DNA of 62,463 nucleotides, the filler included, from Circinaria calcarea (lineage: Eukaryota), in assembly GCA_051942165.1 (NCBI GenBank). It is 7 parts of 7 records of this genome, joined end to end, with 100 filler letters (N's around TTAATTAATTAA, not from the genome) between each part and the next. Parts side by side here need not be neighbours in the genome. Positions count along the whole stretch, not along the records: positions 44,735 to 53,549 come from JAVECS010001043.1; positions 53,650 to 62,463 come from JAVECS010001044.1; 5 more parts are not named here. One strand, 5' to 3'. The translations under genes and the position numbers were made by a program. Of the stretch, positions 50,557 to 62,463 are shown one piece after another. Under the pieces are notes generated by a model. That model saw only the letters and a list, made by a program, of their open reading frames with translations. It ran no database searches and was not told where the DNA came from. The first letter of the stretch is position 1; each line of letters begins with the position of its first letter.

Positions 50557-53385
50557 ATGTGAGGTGAAGAGTGGTTGGTGAGTGGCAAGCGACCAGGAAT
50601 TTGAGGTGATTAGAAAATAGTGTACTAGGTTTACCGGGTGCTTGCTGAGGGCTGAATTCGGTAATGTGCGTTTTTCAAATTTCTTCGACATGAACAAAAA
50701 CTGTTCAACCTGTATAATCTCTCAATACCCATAACCGATTGCTCTAGATTCACACTATTTGGAGGTAACAAGTAGTATGCTTGCACCAAGAGTCATGGGA
50801 GGTGCACGCATCTAATGATGTGAATAAAATTAGTTAATTCTATCTATGCCTCAAGGCAGGCTTCAAAGCCCAAAGGCCTTGGTTAGCCAGCTAACCTGCT
50901 CTTCCCTTCGTATATCACCAAGTCTGGTACTATGTTACCACGTCTCTTCTCCTATTACCGTACCTGTTCTCATTCCTACCCATCCTCATACCATCCCTAC
51001 CTCATATACGGACATCACTGGCTCTGAACTAACATTTCTCAACCAATAATTTACATCAGTAATATGTAGCCATCCTCCGTACCACTATTATGAAAACTTT
51101 TCAAGTCAGTCTAGTCCAATCCACTAACTCCGTCCTACTCGGGCTTACGAAGGAGTCTTCTTTACTAATGTTCAAATTATTTATAGTTCCGCCACTTTCA
51201 GTTCGAGAGTACTTCAATTCTGAAACTACCACATTTTGAGGGCAATAATTCATCATCCTAAGAAAGCAACATACTGCCATGATGCGGAGCAACGGATTAC
51301 CATGCCATGAGAGAAAATACTACCACACCTATACTTATACCGTACATCTTCTTATAGTACCACACCCGCCTCTGACACACCTCTACTTCGTACTTCAATA
51401 AGTGCCTTTGCTGACTACGTCTAGGCTTCTCTGCCGCAACACCCGGTTACAAATCCTTTTGCCTTTCTCAACAAGCTGTAGTTACACGGACCTATAGGGA
51501 TCTTGGGTTCTTTCAACACTGAGCAGTGTGGCCTGAGTTTCTCATCTCCAAAAAAGGGAATTAGCCGCCTCTCCCAATAACATGTACAGCAAGATATCAC
51601 TACATAAAGGCTTTTCACAGCAATCATCGCGTATCGATTACTAGCTTGGCCTCCATAGTATCAACTAAACGCACGTCTGCAGAATCTCATGGAAGATCTT
51701 CATGTCGACCTTCAAGCTCATTCTACATACGCCTATTAAGATCTCACTTAATCTCAACACAAATGGCACCATCTAGTTAGATATAAATCTGTTCCGGCAG
51801 GTAGGATTCTCCTCGATATAGAAGCCTATCATTGGAGGTGAGATATTTATGCACTCGTTTTATCTAGCTGGTTTGAGTTTGCTCCCTGTGGCAACGTATG
51901 TCTAATATGATATTCTATCCAATTCCTCAACCATTCGTTGTTCAAAGTAGCTTAGTCTCTTCAGATCTGCCCTTCGAATTGGGTCTCTACATGTGCCTAC
52001 AACGGCACAATCTCCTTCAATGACGATCAAGACACGTTGAGCTTCATCACCTCTACAACTGAGGAATCCACATTGAACGATTACGACTCCCGTTCAACAG
52101 AATCCACCATACCTATACTCTCACTATCATGTCTATCACATATAGACTATCAATTCTTGTTCAAAAAGTCCATGCGTCCCCTATCACTATGCTGAATTGC
52201 CTTAACTCAACTTACTTTCACCCCCTCCCTTCAACTCCCTTAAATCGGTCCTTCCAAACTCTCCTCACTTGGTTTCGACAAACGAAGAACACATTCCGCC
52301 AGCTCAAGCAATATACATATCACGATTCTATTTTACACGGGGAACTTATCAGTACCATAGAAGCTCCTTCGATGTTCGGCTTATAGTGTCGCCATTTATA
52401 AGCGGATTTCCCCGGACCGAACCCTCCCAACCCACATCACACTCCCCACCGAACAACAAACCGTTCCTCCATAGAGCTTTACCATGCCTACCCTTCTACT
52501 ACCACGCCAACCCCGTATACCCCAGCAAAAACCTCCGTCAAAGCCGGCTACCATCAACCTCAACTCCCACGCTTGCTTTACCTAGCGCTCTCAGCCCACT
52601 ACCATAACAGAAGGATTTAATCACAAGTACTGGGACTTTCCAGTCACTTCGAAACGGTCCTATCCCCGAACCCCAATCGACTCACCCGAAACTACTCGAT
52701 ATTCAAGCGACCAAATACCTTCTCATCTTTCTTAATCTCCCCCAAGACGTCATAGGTATGAACCCCTAGCACTGCGGGCATAGTATATTAGCAGCGCCCG
52801 ATCTCCCATTTCCGCAATCCCAGTTTCTGAACCCTCTAAAACAGCGTTGGGTTTACATCTCAATATGGAGGTCACGCAGCTAGACACTACTGACTGGAAT
52901 ATATCACACCGTTAAACTCTCCCCCTTCAACCACCCTAAACCCTGGCTTCTGGTGTTTTGGTAATGGCTTTTAGAGTCATCTGGACAAGCCCTTTTTTCT
53001 TTGGAAACAGGAAATAACAGGTTATTAGAAGTAAAATCTATAATTAAAGTGTGGCTAGACCTGGCTTGTTGGAATCTAGTGGAAAGTACCGGGTTTATGC
53101 AGAAGCTCTGAGAATCAGCGTCTTCTATGCAGAGCAACTCCGGCGGGTTTCTTTGAAGCCTTTATTTATTCGTTTATTGTTCTGCATGAAGTGGGTAAGT
53201 TGTAAGATTATAATTATCATAGATAAAGCTATAAGCCCATGGTAAATCGATAGCTTCAACCCATTCAAAATCCCATTCCGATGCTTAGGTACAACGTGAC
53301 CCTAAACGTTTTATTGCTATTAAATTTCAATTAAGAGCTTAGGAAAAAGGAGAAAAGGTAAAGAAATAATATTTGAGCGATACTA

Positions 53386-53531
53386 TCTCCTTTTCCCCTC
53401 CCCCCTCCCCTTTTTCCTTTTTCCTTTTTCCTTTTTCCTTTCCTCCCCCCCCTTTCCCCTTTCCCCTTTCCCCTCCCCTCCTTCCTTGGTCTCTTTCCCT
53501 CCCCCTCTTTTCTATCTTTCTTCTCTTTTCC
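53386..53531. repeat. Polypyrimidine low-complexity tract at contig end
   Basis: About 145 nt of almost only C/T. Confidence 0.9.
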
Positions 53532-53549
53532 ACTCTAACCTCCCATTAC

Positions 53550-53649
53550 NNNNNNNNNNNNNNNNNNNNNNNNNNNNNNNNNNNNNNNNNNNNTTAATTA
53601 ATTAANNNNNNNNNNNNNNNNNNNNNNNNNNNNNNNNNNNNNNNNNNNN
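53550..53649. other. Artificial contig-joining spacer
   Basis: N44-TTAATTAATTAA-N44. Confidence 0.99.
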
Positions 53650-56600
53650 AAGGGAATTTCGTCGGAGGTGAGTTTGGAGTCAATGATGGCGGGTCATTCC
53701 AAGTCGGAGGTGACTTTGGAGAAGGTCAGAGGCGTGCCTGAAAGGTTAAGGGAGAGACAGATTATGGTAATTGCGTAAATGAAGATGGAAGAGGTGGAAA
53801 GATGAGGCTTCGTAGACGACTTCCATCCGTGGCCTTGGAGAATTCGCGAGTAATCAGTCCGCAGCTGCAACTTTCTCACCTGCGGTACCACGGACTTACG
53901 GGACCATTCCAACACGCATTGTGATGCAGGCCCGCCCAATTATCCAAGCCAGCTGATCAGAACAGTACCTGAGTCCGAGGGGTTAACGCTATAGAATCCC
54001 CCGATATCGAGAAAAGAAATTTGCTTCCTTTACCTTATCCATCCTCTCGACCATAGATTGATAGTGCACTCATTATCTGCTACTGTGGTGTAATCTACCT
54101 CGACCGAACGTCGGGGCGATTTCAATTCTCCTTTGGGTGATGAGCTAAAGCAGGTGATTTTGCATTAGATATGGTGGCACACTGCACATATCTCCACATG
54201 CTATCTCAATCCAAGAATTGGGTCGGGAAGTACCGTGTATGGGTTTGGGAATCGCCCGGTACCTGGGACTTGCTGAACCAAGATGTAGGCCACCATTGCT
54301 GGTACGTACCGTTGAAGACCATTCCGTCTCCTCAGACATTGCCGGACTGTGTGCCGGGTGAACATAGTATCCGTTAATCTATTTACTCAACCTTATATCC
54401 AAGCAACGCACGGTTTGTGCTGCTTGAGCAACAGCTTAAGCAATAGTTTTTAGAGCATATTAGGGTTTCCGCTAGACTATAGTTTAATATGGATGGAAGT
54501 CCCCTAGTTCGCGGCTTATTCTTTACTACTCTTTGTATCGTCATTGGCAAATACTTAATAGTGTACAGCTATGTGTATGAAGGGGTAGCGCCCGAAGAAG
54601 TGGTGCAGTGTGACGTTTTCCAAGTCGGACCTTATCACCATCCTCATGAGATCTGGTATATCAGACTCCCATAGTCGTCATTTTTAAAGGTTTGATCTGG
54701 TTTGTTGCCCTGGGTCTATCTTTTGCAAATCACTTCTCGCTATGATCTTCCCACCGTGTGAATGGCAGATTCCGTAATACCGCAACAATGAGACCTTGCA
54801 GATGACTTGTGAGACAGATCTAAACCAGGGATTAGACTCAAGTATCCGTCGCTTTACTAAACAGACGGGCCAAGCCAAAGCAATTATCAAAGCACAAAGG
54901 TTCCCAATTTTACTTCCTGACGGCAATAATCTCTACCGTTTGGTATCCTTCTCCCCATCCGAAACTATCCTGTTTCTTTCCTTCACCCAGAAAACCATCT
55001 CTCAATCTCTTCTTCAGCAATGTCCCTCCCTCCGCCAATCACTCTCCTTCCCGCAAATAACCTACTGTCTCCCCGCCTCCCCGCCAACATATTCTTTGCC
55101 ACGTTCACGATAATCCCGACTTACACCAGCACCATCGCAGACTAGCGAATCCGGTATTGGCCAATTGCGCCAGTTGACGAGATTGGAGTAAGTTTCTTCC
55201 TCTCTACCCATCATATTCGCAAGAGCGTATACGCCGGAGGCGGCGTTTGGGGAAAGAGAAAGGGGGGAGAGAGCAAATGGTACCGTTCCTTGACAGCTTG
55301 GGTTGACCCTAGCGTATGTAGAACACGTGTTGACAGAGCAATAGCCGTTCTAGTTAAAGTCAAGTCATATATTGCTGCTATGCTCTAAGAATTTCAGCTC
55401 TGGTGCAGATCGTAAAAATTTTCAATTTGGGAATGTACAGAACCGTATGAAACGCTGTATATATGCTAGACGACCTATGCCTGTGACGGAACGCGAGTAC
55501 TTACGGCACGACTTCGAGTTTGAGGAGCAGCTATGGGTGGCAGACTATTTGGAAAGATTCATGAGCATGCTGTACCATATATAGGCTGGTGATATAGGCT
55601 AGGGCAAGGCGTACAAGGTATTAGAGGTAGTACATGTGTTGAATGGAGCTCTGAAAAGCTTTTTATAGTGTAGAAATATTACTGTCATCATAACTTTCTT
55701 GCACCGATTCGGAACTTCCAAATTCATATTGTTGTAATATAAAATAGCTAAACTTGCCACCTAAAAAGCCGCCAGAAAACATACAAAGTATATTGATTAC
55801 TTACATATACGCCAGGGTCGACCCGAGTTGTCAAGGAACTGTATATGTTTCGTCCTTGGAGAACCCCTATTCCTTTTCTTCGATTACAAATGAGAACCGC
55901 TGATGGGTGTCTGTCGAATGAGTGAGGTCAATCTTGAATGCTCTCTCGGAGATGGCCATTTCCAGTTGTAGTTAATTTGCAGCAGTATGCTACCGGCATC
56001 TTTCTAAATCGAAGGGAAAAAACCTCATGTCAATGCACTTAAAAACACGACCAAGGCAGCTTAATGCATATGAAAGATGTAGAACTGGTAGAGGCAGACA
56101 CAATGGCATGGTGGAAGGGCGTGAGTGTGAATGGTAAGGAAAGGCAGGAAGCAGAGAAAGGCAGGATGCCAGTATTGCTGTAAGGGACCAAGCCGGTCCC
56201 CGTTAAAGCCGGTCCCTGTTACATGAAGCATCCCTTCCCAACCAAAGGTTCATCGTAAGCATCGAACGCCTTCTTGATAACGGGACAGTTGTGATGATAG
56301 GAATAAGTAAAGGACCACACATGTCCAAGGATCGTGCCGTAGTGGGGGTTCCCGCCGGGTGGAGCTTGGAATTAGCGCTGCATGGCACAGAAGGAAAGGA
56401 GATGATTGGCGCACTTATCGGTAGAGAGTACATGGTACATATACGCGATCGCTGTCCCACATTATTACTGGGAGTCCCCATTCGCCCTGCAGATTCTAGA
56501 CTCAAACAAACGAGCGCCGAAGATTCTTATTGGACTTGCCCTTCACCAAGGTTCAGCCACTTTGGGATGATCACGCATGATGCACGAGATTCCAATATGA

Positions 56601-56740
56601 CGGGATTTGAGGTACTTGTTAACTGACATATCAATCTGCCGGAACCTACCGTGGGGATCCCGAGGCTCATCAACGCGCTGACAGTCTACCAGGAACGGTG
56701 AGTCCAACCGTCCTACAGAGTACGGACTCCGCCGGCTAGT

Positions 56741-56894
56741 ATACACAGGGGCTGTATTATGAATGATACAGACCCTGAACCTATTTCGTACACAAAAAGG
56801 GTCCGTGCAATAGAATATACAGGGGCCATATTATGATAAATACTGACCTTGATCCCTGTTTTCCCACATAAAAACGACCCGTGCAGTAAAATAT
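56741..56894. repeat. Diverged two-unit tandem repeat, period about 74 bp
   Basis: acaggggc..tattatga..atac.gacc.tga..cct.ttt..cac.aaaa..ccgtgca.ta.aatat occurs twice (acagggg at 56745 and 56819). Confidence 0.8.
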
Positions 56895-57471
56895 CACCCT
56901 GGTGTATTCTATCTTAAGCGAAGCCGAATTGCTTTTTCCGACTATCATCTGCCCCGGTGATGCCGTCGTCCCTGGTACTTGTCATTAAAGTTTCAGGACC
57001 AAGAAACTGGCCTAATCCAATCAAGCGGCTGGAGTCATGATCGACTAGAAAGTACCGGCGGCTGGCATCTAACCCGGACAGGAAGAGGTCGCTCCCTGGA
57101 AGCTGGATCGATCCTTTTAATTCGACTGCTATAGATAATGTCCGACATCCCCAGGCCCTGGCCTCTAACGAGCACCTGAACCAGGATACACCTCGGAGTC
57201 CCATTTCCAAGTCTGCGCCTCGGGGCCGTCGCGTATCGTATCCTTTCAGTTGTAAGAAAAAGGAAAAGCGCATCTCCCAAGACAAATCCGGCATGGCGCC
57301 AGATTTGTTTTCCACAGTACAACCTCTCCGAGTCTCCAGATCGATTTGCACACAGTGGTTGTCCAACAATGCTGGCTGGGAGAGTCCATGATATGTCTGC
57401 ATGGTTTTGGCCGTCCTGTGCCCTCACGGTCTCTTTATATATATGACTGGCTTTCCGATTGATTTCCTGCA

Positions 57472-58850
57472 ATGTCAACGAGTAACCGTCATCCCAAGGC
57501 CACTCCCGATGACTATGGACCGGTGATCAATATCATTACCTGGTTTCTTCTGGTGACGACTACTCTTGCAGTTATCGTTCGAATCGCAACCAAACTAGCA
57601 ATATCCCGCAGGACCGACGCAGATGATTACGTTACGTTTGTTGCTCTTGTAAGGATTTTGCTGTCTTTACGAACCAGGACGTACTGAGCGTTTTACCAGT
57701 TCTTCAGCATTGCACAGGTGGTTGCAGTATCCTTACAGACCGCAGCTGGACTTGGTCAGCATGCTGATACCCTGAGCCCTTTGAACTTGGAGAGATTCCA
57801 ACAGGTGAATCTGGATCCTGTCCACGGAAATCGTTGTCTATACGCATACTGACCACATACAGACCGGGTACGCTGCGAGTCTACTTTATATCGCCACGCT
57901 CTGTTTTTCCAAAATCTCAGTAGCCTTGCTCCTTCAAACCATTACACCGGTGCAGCTACACAAGCAGATGACTCTGGCTGTGGGTGCGGTGACCGTTCTT
58001 TGGACCGTTATAGCGATGTTTGGGCTTGCCTTTCAATGTCATCTACCCTACCCGTGGAGGTTCATTGATAACGCATGCTTCAATCAGGTAGGTAGCAATT
58101 CTCTGACGCGCAGACTGTACCTCTCGAGCAGATACTCATGGAATCCAGACTGTGTTTTGGAACTTCGTCCAGGCTTTCAATATGCTCATTGATGTAGCTC
58201 TTGTACTGCTACCGTTGTTTATCGTCTGGCGAGTTCAGGTTGGAGCAGGCAAGAAAGTCGTTGTCTTTGCATGTTTTGCAATTCGCATCGTGTAAGGGAT
58301 TCTCGCTGCTTTTTCGTTATTGGCTGATGATTTCAAAAGGGTGATAGCCGCTGTTGCTGCCCAGCTTGCCTTTTTCAACCGCGCTACGAGCTCGAATGAT
58401 CCTACGTTCACCATCTGGCCCATGGTTATCTGCGCTCAGCTAGTGCAAAGTCTGAGCATTGTCACCGCTTGTATTCCCTATCTCAAACCCTTCCTTCAAA
58501 GCCTTGAGTCGGGTATGATCAGGAGCGATGATCTTCGACGGCGCGGTATGAACGGCACTCCCCAATACGGTACCGCGCACTCACAGCGGTCCGTCGATCA
58601 TACACAGTCCAAGAGTTCCTCCAAGCCTGCCAGAATACTTCAGGAAAAATCCCTCGAGCTGAATCAAATCTCCCGCGGCTATGTTCCTCCCTTCAAAGGC
58701 CAGAATTCCACTACGGTTACGACGGCGGGCAAGGACGGCCACGAGTGGGACGCGGATAGCCAAACGAGTCAATCCAAGATTATCAAGCAGACCACGACAT
58801 GGCAGGTCGATACCGAGTCTCAAGTCGTGGGGGCAGGGCACGCCAGATAG
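57472..58850 (+). CDS. PTH11-like (fungal rhodopsin-domain) integral membrane protein without CFEM
   Basis: Five exons. AVIVRIATK..DDYVTFVAL|..GLGQH..|GYAASLLYIATLCFSKIS..AFQCHLPYPW..C..|..DVALVLLP..|..IVTACIPYLKPFLQSLESG. Confidence 0.88.
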
Positions 58851-59209
58851 CCCGACACCAACGGAGAATTGTACAATCGGGGGAATATGGGATGACAGGA
58901 TTGGGGCGTCCGGTAGTGTCAATAGAGCGAGGATAGATTTTCACCTTTGTAGGCATAGAATTTAGAGCCGGCGCCCTGAGCCGCGGCCGGTGGTGTCTGT
59001 GCTCCACAAAGTTAGCGTGTAAACCATGTACGGAAATTTTACATACCTAATGTATGAAAATACTTAAGGGTCTCGAGATCGACCAATCAAACGTCCTTGA
59101 AGGTCCTCGTGGAATCATCCGCCCTTAACGCCGCTTAGCTTATCCTAGCCTCATATCGGGGAAGGTACCCAATCGAAAAAGACCAAGTCTGGACCCCGGT
59201 AATCTTTTC

Positions 59210-59333
59210 CGAGTTTATCCCCGGTGAAAGCCGCGGGAGCGCAATCAAAAATATGGAGGGGATATCACCAGAATTGGGTTCAAATCCCGGTAGCGCTACT
59301 CTTTGGTGGTTGGTGGTTCCCCCCTCCAGTTTT
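59210..59333 (+). ncRNA. Putative structured Pol III-type RNA / tRNA-related SINE head, copy 2
   Basis: CCCCGGT-GAAA-GCCGCGGG hairpin. TGGAGGGG (59254-59261) pairs with CCCCTCCA (59321-59328). Internal GGG-TTCAAAT-CCC, then TTTT at 59330-59333. Homologous to 32941-33064. Confidence 0.5.
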
Positions 59334-59828
59334 CTCCTGGGATACTGGGCGATCGCACCAGCGGCAATCGCATTTCTTTTTTCACGTTATCGTGTCGTTA
59401 CCATTACTCCGTACCAAGCATTTTTAGCCTTGGCCCGCGGCGATAATACTACCCTGATGCCGCGAACCCTCGATCCGTTGCTCCAGGCACCATTTCCCCA
59501 GAGTCTTGGACTAAAGTGGGTATACCGTCCGTCGCTCGGATATGATTTCATTTCACTTGCCTCTGCCAGAGTCGCTTGAACCACTAAACGGTTGCGTTAA
59601 CATGCCGGCGATGGCGTAGCTCGCACTGGCCTGAGGCATGGAAGACCCACCAGGCCCATGTCGGTTAGACGCAGGGGAAATACCCAGGCTATTGTCCTTC
59701 AGCATGGTGACAGTGGACATGGTTTCCCTCCCGCCATCTATCATCCTCAACAACTGCTTATGTGGGGGGAGCCCCCTCTCTCCTTTCCCATCAGCGCATT
59801 CCTGCCGCACTGAAGACTTTCGGCCATC

Positions 59829-61940
59829 ATGTACGAGGCGCAAGAGCTGGAGATGATGGACAACGTCCAGATGAGAAAGGCCCCGCAGACGAGTCAGATC
59901 GAGGCCGGTGTTTCTTATGACCGGGACAGAGATGAATTGGCTCGCCTGGGCAAGAAACAGGTGCTCAAGGTCTGTATCAGAACTCCGAGGGAGACTGTTA
60001 TGTGCTAATTCTTTACAGCGTCAATTCGGGTTCATGAGGTAAGGTTCGGACGCTTCAATGCTCCAAGGCGCGAGATTAACTCTGGCGCAAACAGTATACT
60101 GGGGTTCAGCTGCACAATCATGGTCACCTGGGAGGGCATGCTGGTGTGAGTGTTGCCTGCAATTAGGTATTGGACTTGGCTGATGAATGGCGCAGGATCT
60201 TTTTGTCCGGATTCACCAAGTGAGTTGGTACCAGACATAAAAGTTCAGTTGGCCTTGACTTATGTACATTCTAGTGGAGGACCAGCAGGGTTGGTTTATG
60301 GTTATATCGTTGTCTGGATTGGCACCGCAGCCATCTTCGTCACGTTGGCAGAGCTAGCGTCAATGTACGTGTCGACACATTTGGTGCCATTCCTGGGCTA
60401 ATTGAGATAAACAAAGGGCTCCAACCTCCGGCGGTCAATATCACTGGGTTTATATGCTTGCGCCTCCTTCTTCGCGAAAGTTTCTTAGCTATGTTACAGG
60501 TTCGCAGTGGTCTCTACTACGGAGCGATATGAGCTGAGAAAATCAGGCTGGCAGACGGTTGCTGGTTGGCAAGCATTCGTTGCTTCCGGTGGCTACCTCA
60601 GCGGTACAATCATCCAAGGCATCATTGCCTTGAATCGTCCGGATTACAACTTCCAGCGCTGGCATGGAACTCTGCTCTTCTGGGCAGTGGTTTTTATCGC
60701 AGTACTCGTCAATACAGTCGTCATTAGCGCGTTACCAAAAATCGAAGGTTTCATTCTAGTTATTCACATCTTAGGCTTTTTCGCTCTTCTGATCCCCTTG
60801 GTATACCTGGGTCCACATGGGACTGCTGCGGACGTCTTTACTGTGTTTCTCAACGAAGGCGGTTGGCCTACCCAAGGGCTTTCATTCTGCGTCGGGATTA
60901 TCGGGAATGTGTTTGCTTTTCTTGGTTGGTTCTGCATCCACTGCAATGCTTATCCAGCCTTTGCTAATAGCTTTCGCTAGGTGCCGACGGCGCTATTCAT
61001 GTATGGCCCTACACAGTGATTTTGGGACTTGACTTATCCAATTCTAGATGTCCGAAGAGATTCAGAATGCCTCGACAGTCGTCCCCCGCTCGATGATGAC
61101 AAGTATCATGTTAAACGGCACCTTGGGTTTCGGCATGCTCATCGCGACTCTGTTCTGTCTTGTGGACATTCAAGCCGTGCTTGAAACCAGAACCGGATAT
61201 CCTTTTATCGAAATCTTCTACCTAGCCACGGGTTCCATAGGTGGAAGTACCGCCATGGCTTCTGTTATTAGTCTCCTTGGCCTTTGCTCTACCATTGGGC
61301 TTCTAGCTTCTTCCTCTAGACTTACATGGGCATTTGCTCGGGATCGCGGTCTTCCAGGTTGGCGAATTTTAAGCAAAGTATGTCAAGACCAATTGGTTTT
61401 GATATCGCAAGTCTACATATTAACTCGTAATGGCAGGTCGAACCTCGCAGCTCTCTTCCTCTGTGGTCAGTAGGGGTCACGACCGCGATTGCCTGTCTCT
61501 TAGGCCTCATCAGCATTGGCTCCAGCACCGCCTTTAATCAAGTCATCTCCCTAACGATCAACGGTACCTTCGCCTCCTATCTCATCGCCTGTGCTCTTCT
61601 CCTCTGGCGACGCATCAGGGGCGATATCAAAATGGTCCACGATGGACCCCATGCCTTCTCCACCACCACCAATTCTCCAACCACCGATGTCCAGCTCACC
61701 TGGGGTCCGTGGCGGGTTCCAGGGGCATTGGGAACGGTGGTGAATGCGATCGGCTGCGCCTTTATGCTCTTCGTCCTCTTCTTCAGCTTCTGGCCGCCCG
61801 TGACGCCGACGACGGCGCCGACAATGAATTTCAGCGTCTTGGTCGGCGGGGCCGTGTTTGTCTTTAGTGTGGTGTATTACTTTGTCTGGGCGCGCAAGTT
61901 TTATACGGGACCGGTTGTGGAGATTGAGATGGGGAAGTAG
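59829..61940 (+). CDS. Amino acid/choline transporter (ACT family; Hnm1/GABA permease-like)
   Basis: DRDELARLGKKQVLK|RQFGFMS|ILGFSCTIMVTWEG..|..TN|GGPAGLVYG..LAELASM|APTSGGQYHWV..|..HMSEEIQNAS..SRLTWAFARDRGLP..WGPW..YTGPVVE*. Many short exons. Confidence 0.95.
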
Positions 61941-62463
61941 GGGGCCTTGGATGCGAGATGAGGGTATGAAAGATATGCTTTATTTTTTGAGGGAAGGTAG
62001 GGGAATGGGGGGAGGAAAGGGGATGGATTCTATATGTAGCATTGGATAAACTGCTGGTTTCTCTTGTAAATATACAAGAACAAAAAAGGGTCCGGTTCAC
62101 TTCCGGAAAAACAACACGGGTATCTGTAACAAGTTCATGTATGTTTTTAGGCTTTGGCTTGTTCAGTTTCCGTTTCTCTCCCCGTTGCCTCTTTTCCTGC
62201 TAGAGAGCCCTGGCTTTTATTTTTAATTATTTTCCCTCACGCACCAGGGAGCCCGAGCAATCCGAACGAGCAGTTTTGTTTTGTTTGGCAATCACATTAT
62301 ATCGCTCCCTCGTTCTGGTACTGGTAAAATAGTTAAATCTCCCGATCCCACTCCAATTCCCGGTCCCCACCTCCGTTACCATTTCATTTCGGATATCATT
62401 CCTCCCCCTCCTTTTTTTTCTCTTCTTTCCCCTTTCTTTCCCCTTCATAGCATAGTCATGCCC

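Noticed and set aside
50800..53300. Possible further F-box-like gene remnants
   Set aside because: Only vague LP.E-like words among many stops; insufficient support.
53650..56700. Short ORFs at the start of contig 7
   Set aside because: No coherent exon chain or domain could be built.
59255..59300. GGGTTCAAATCCC as part of a bona fide tRNA (or tRNA-Sec) gene
   Set aside because: No acceptor stem, D arm or anticodon arm could be folded in either copy. Kept only as a tRNA-like module.

Overview
Eukaryotic DNA from a filamentous ascomycete (Pezizomycotina), judged from short GT-AG introns with CTRAY branch points and from veA, Zn2Cys6 and PTH11-like genes. The window is not one locus. It consists of seven unrelated ~8.8-kb contigs (8871, 8851, 8849, 8844, 8819, 8815, 8814 bp, in descending size) joined by artificial 100-nt N44-TTAATTAATTAA-N44 spacers, so gene adjacency across spacers has no meaning. 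Contig 1: ATRX/SAD-6-like SNF2 ATPase, 5-aminolevulinate synthase (hemA), 3' part of RPF1. Contig 2: satellite mosaic, a 4-exon secreted Ser/Thr-rich Cys protein missed by the ORF track, a 6.4-kb non-coding stretch, 5' part of veA. Contig 3: AKR7-like reductase, F-box protein, frameshifted DJ-1/PfpI pseudogene, two-domain Cys-rich protein, SDR 3' end. Contig 4: Fcr1-like C6 transcription factor and a decayed low-GC region with an orphan membrane-protein gene. Contig 5: SDR, an apparently catalytically dead GH3 hexosaminidase, CENP-I/Mis6. Contig 6: secreted hybrid-B-type heme peroxidase, small mitochondrial membrane protein, F-box-like protein. Contig 7: PTH11-like membrane protein and an amino-acid/choline permease. 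The most intriguing signal is a ~125-nt intergenic element found on two different contigs (32941-33064 and 59210-59333). The copies share an identical 27-nt core containing a tRNA T-arm/B-box, a closing stem with a compensatory base-pair change, an upstream GAAA hairpin and a 3' TTTT. It is a candidate Pol III structured ncRNA or SINE family.
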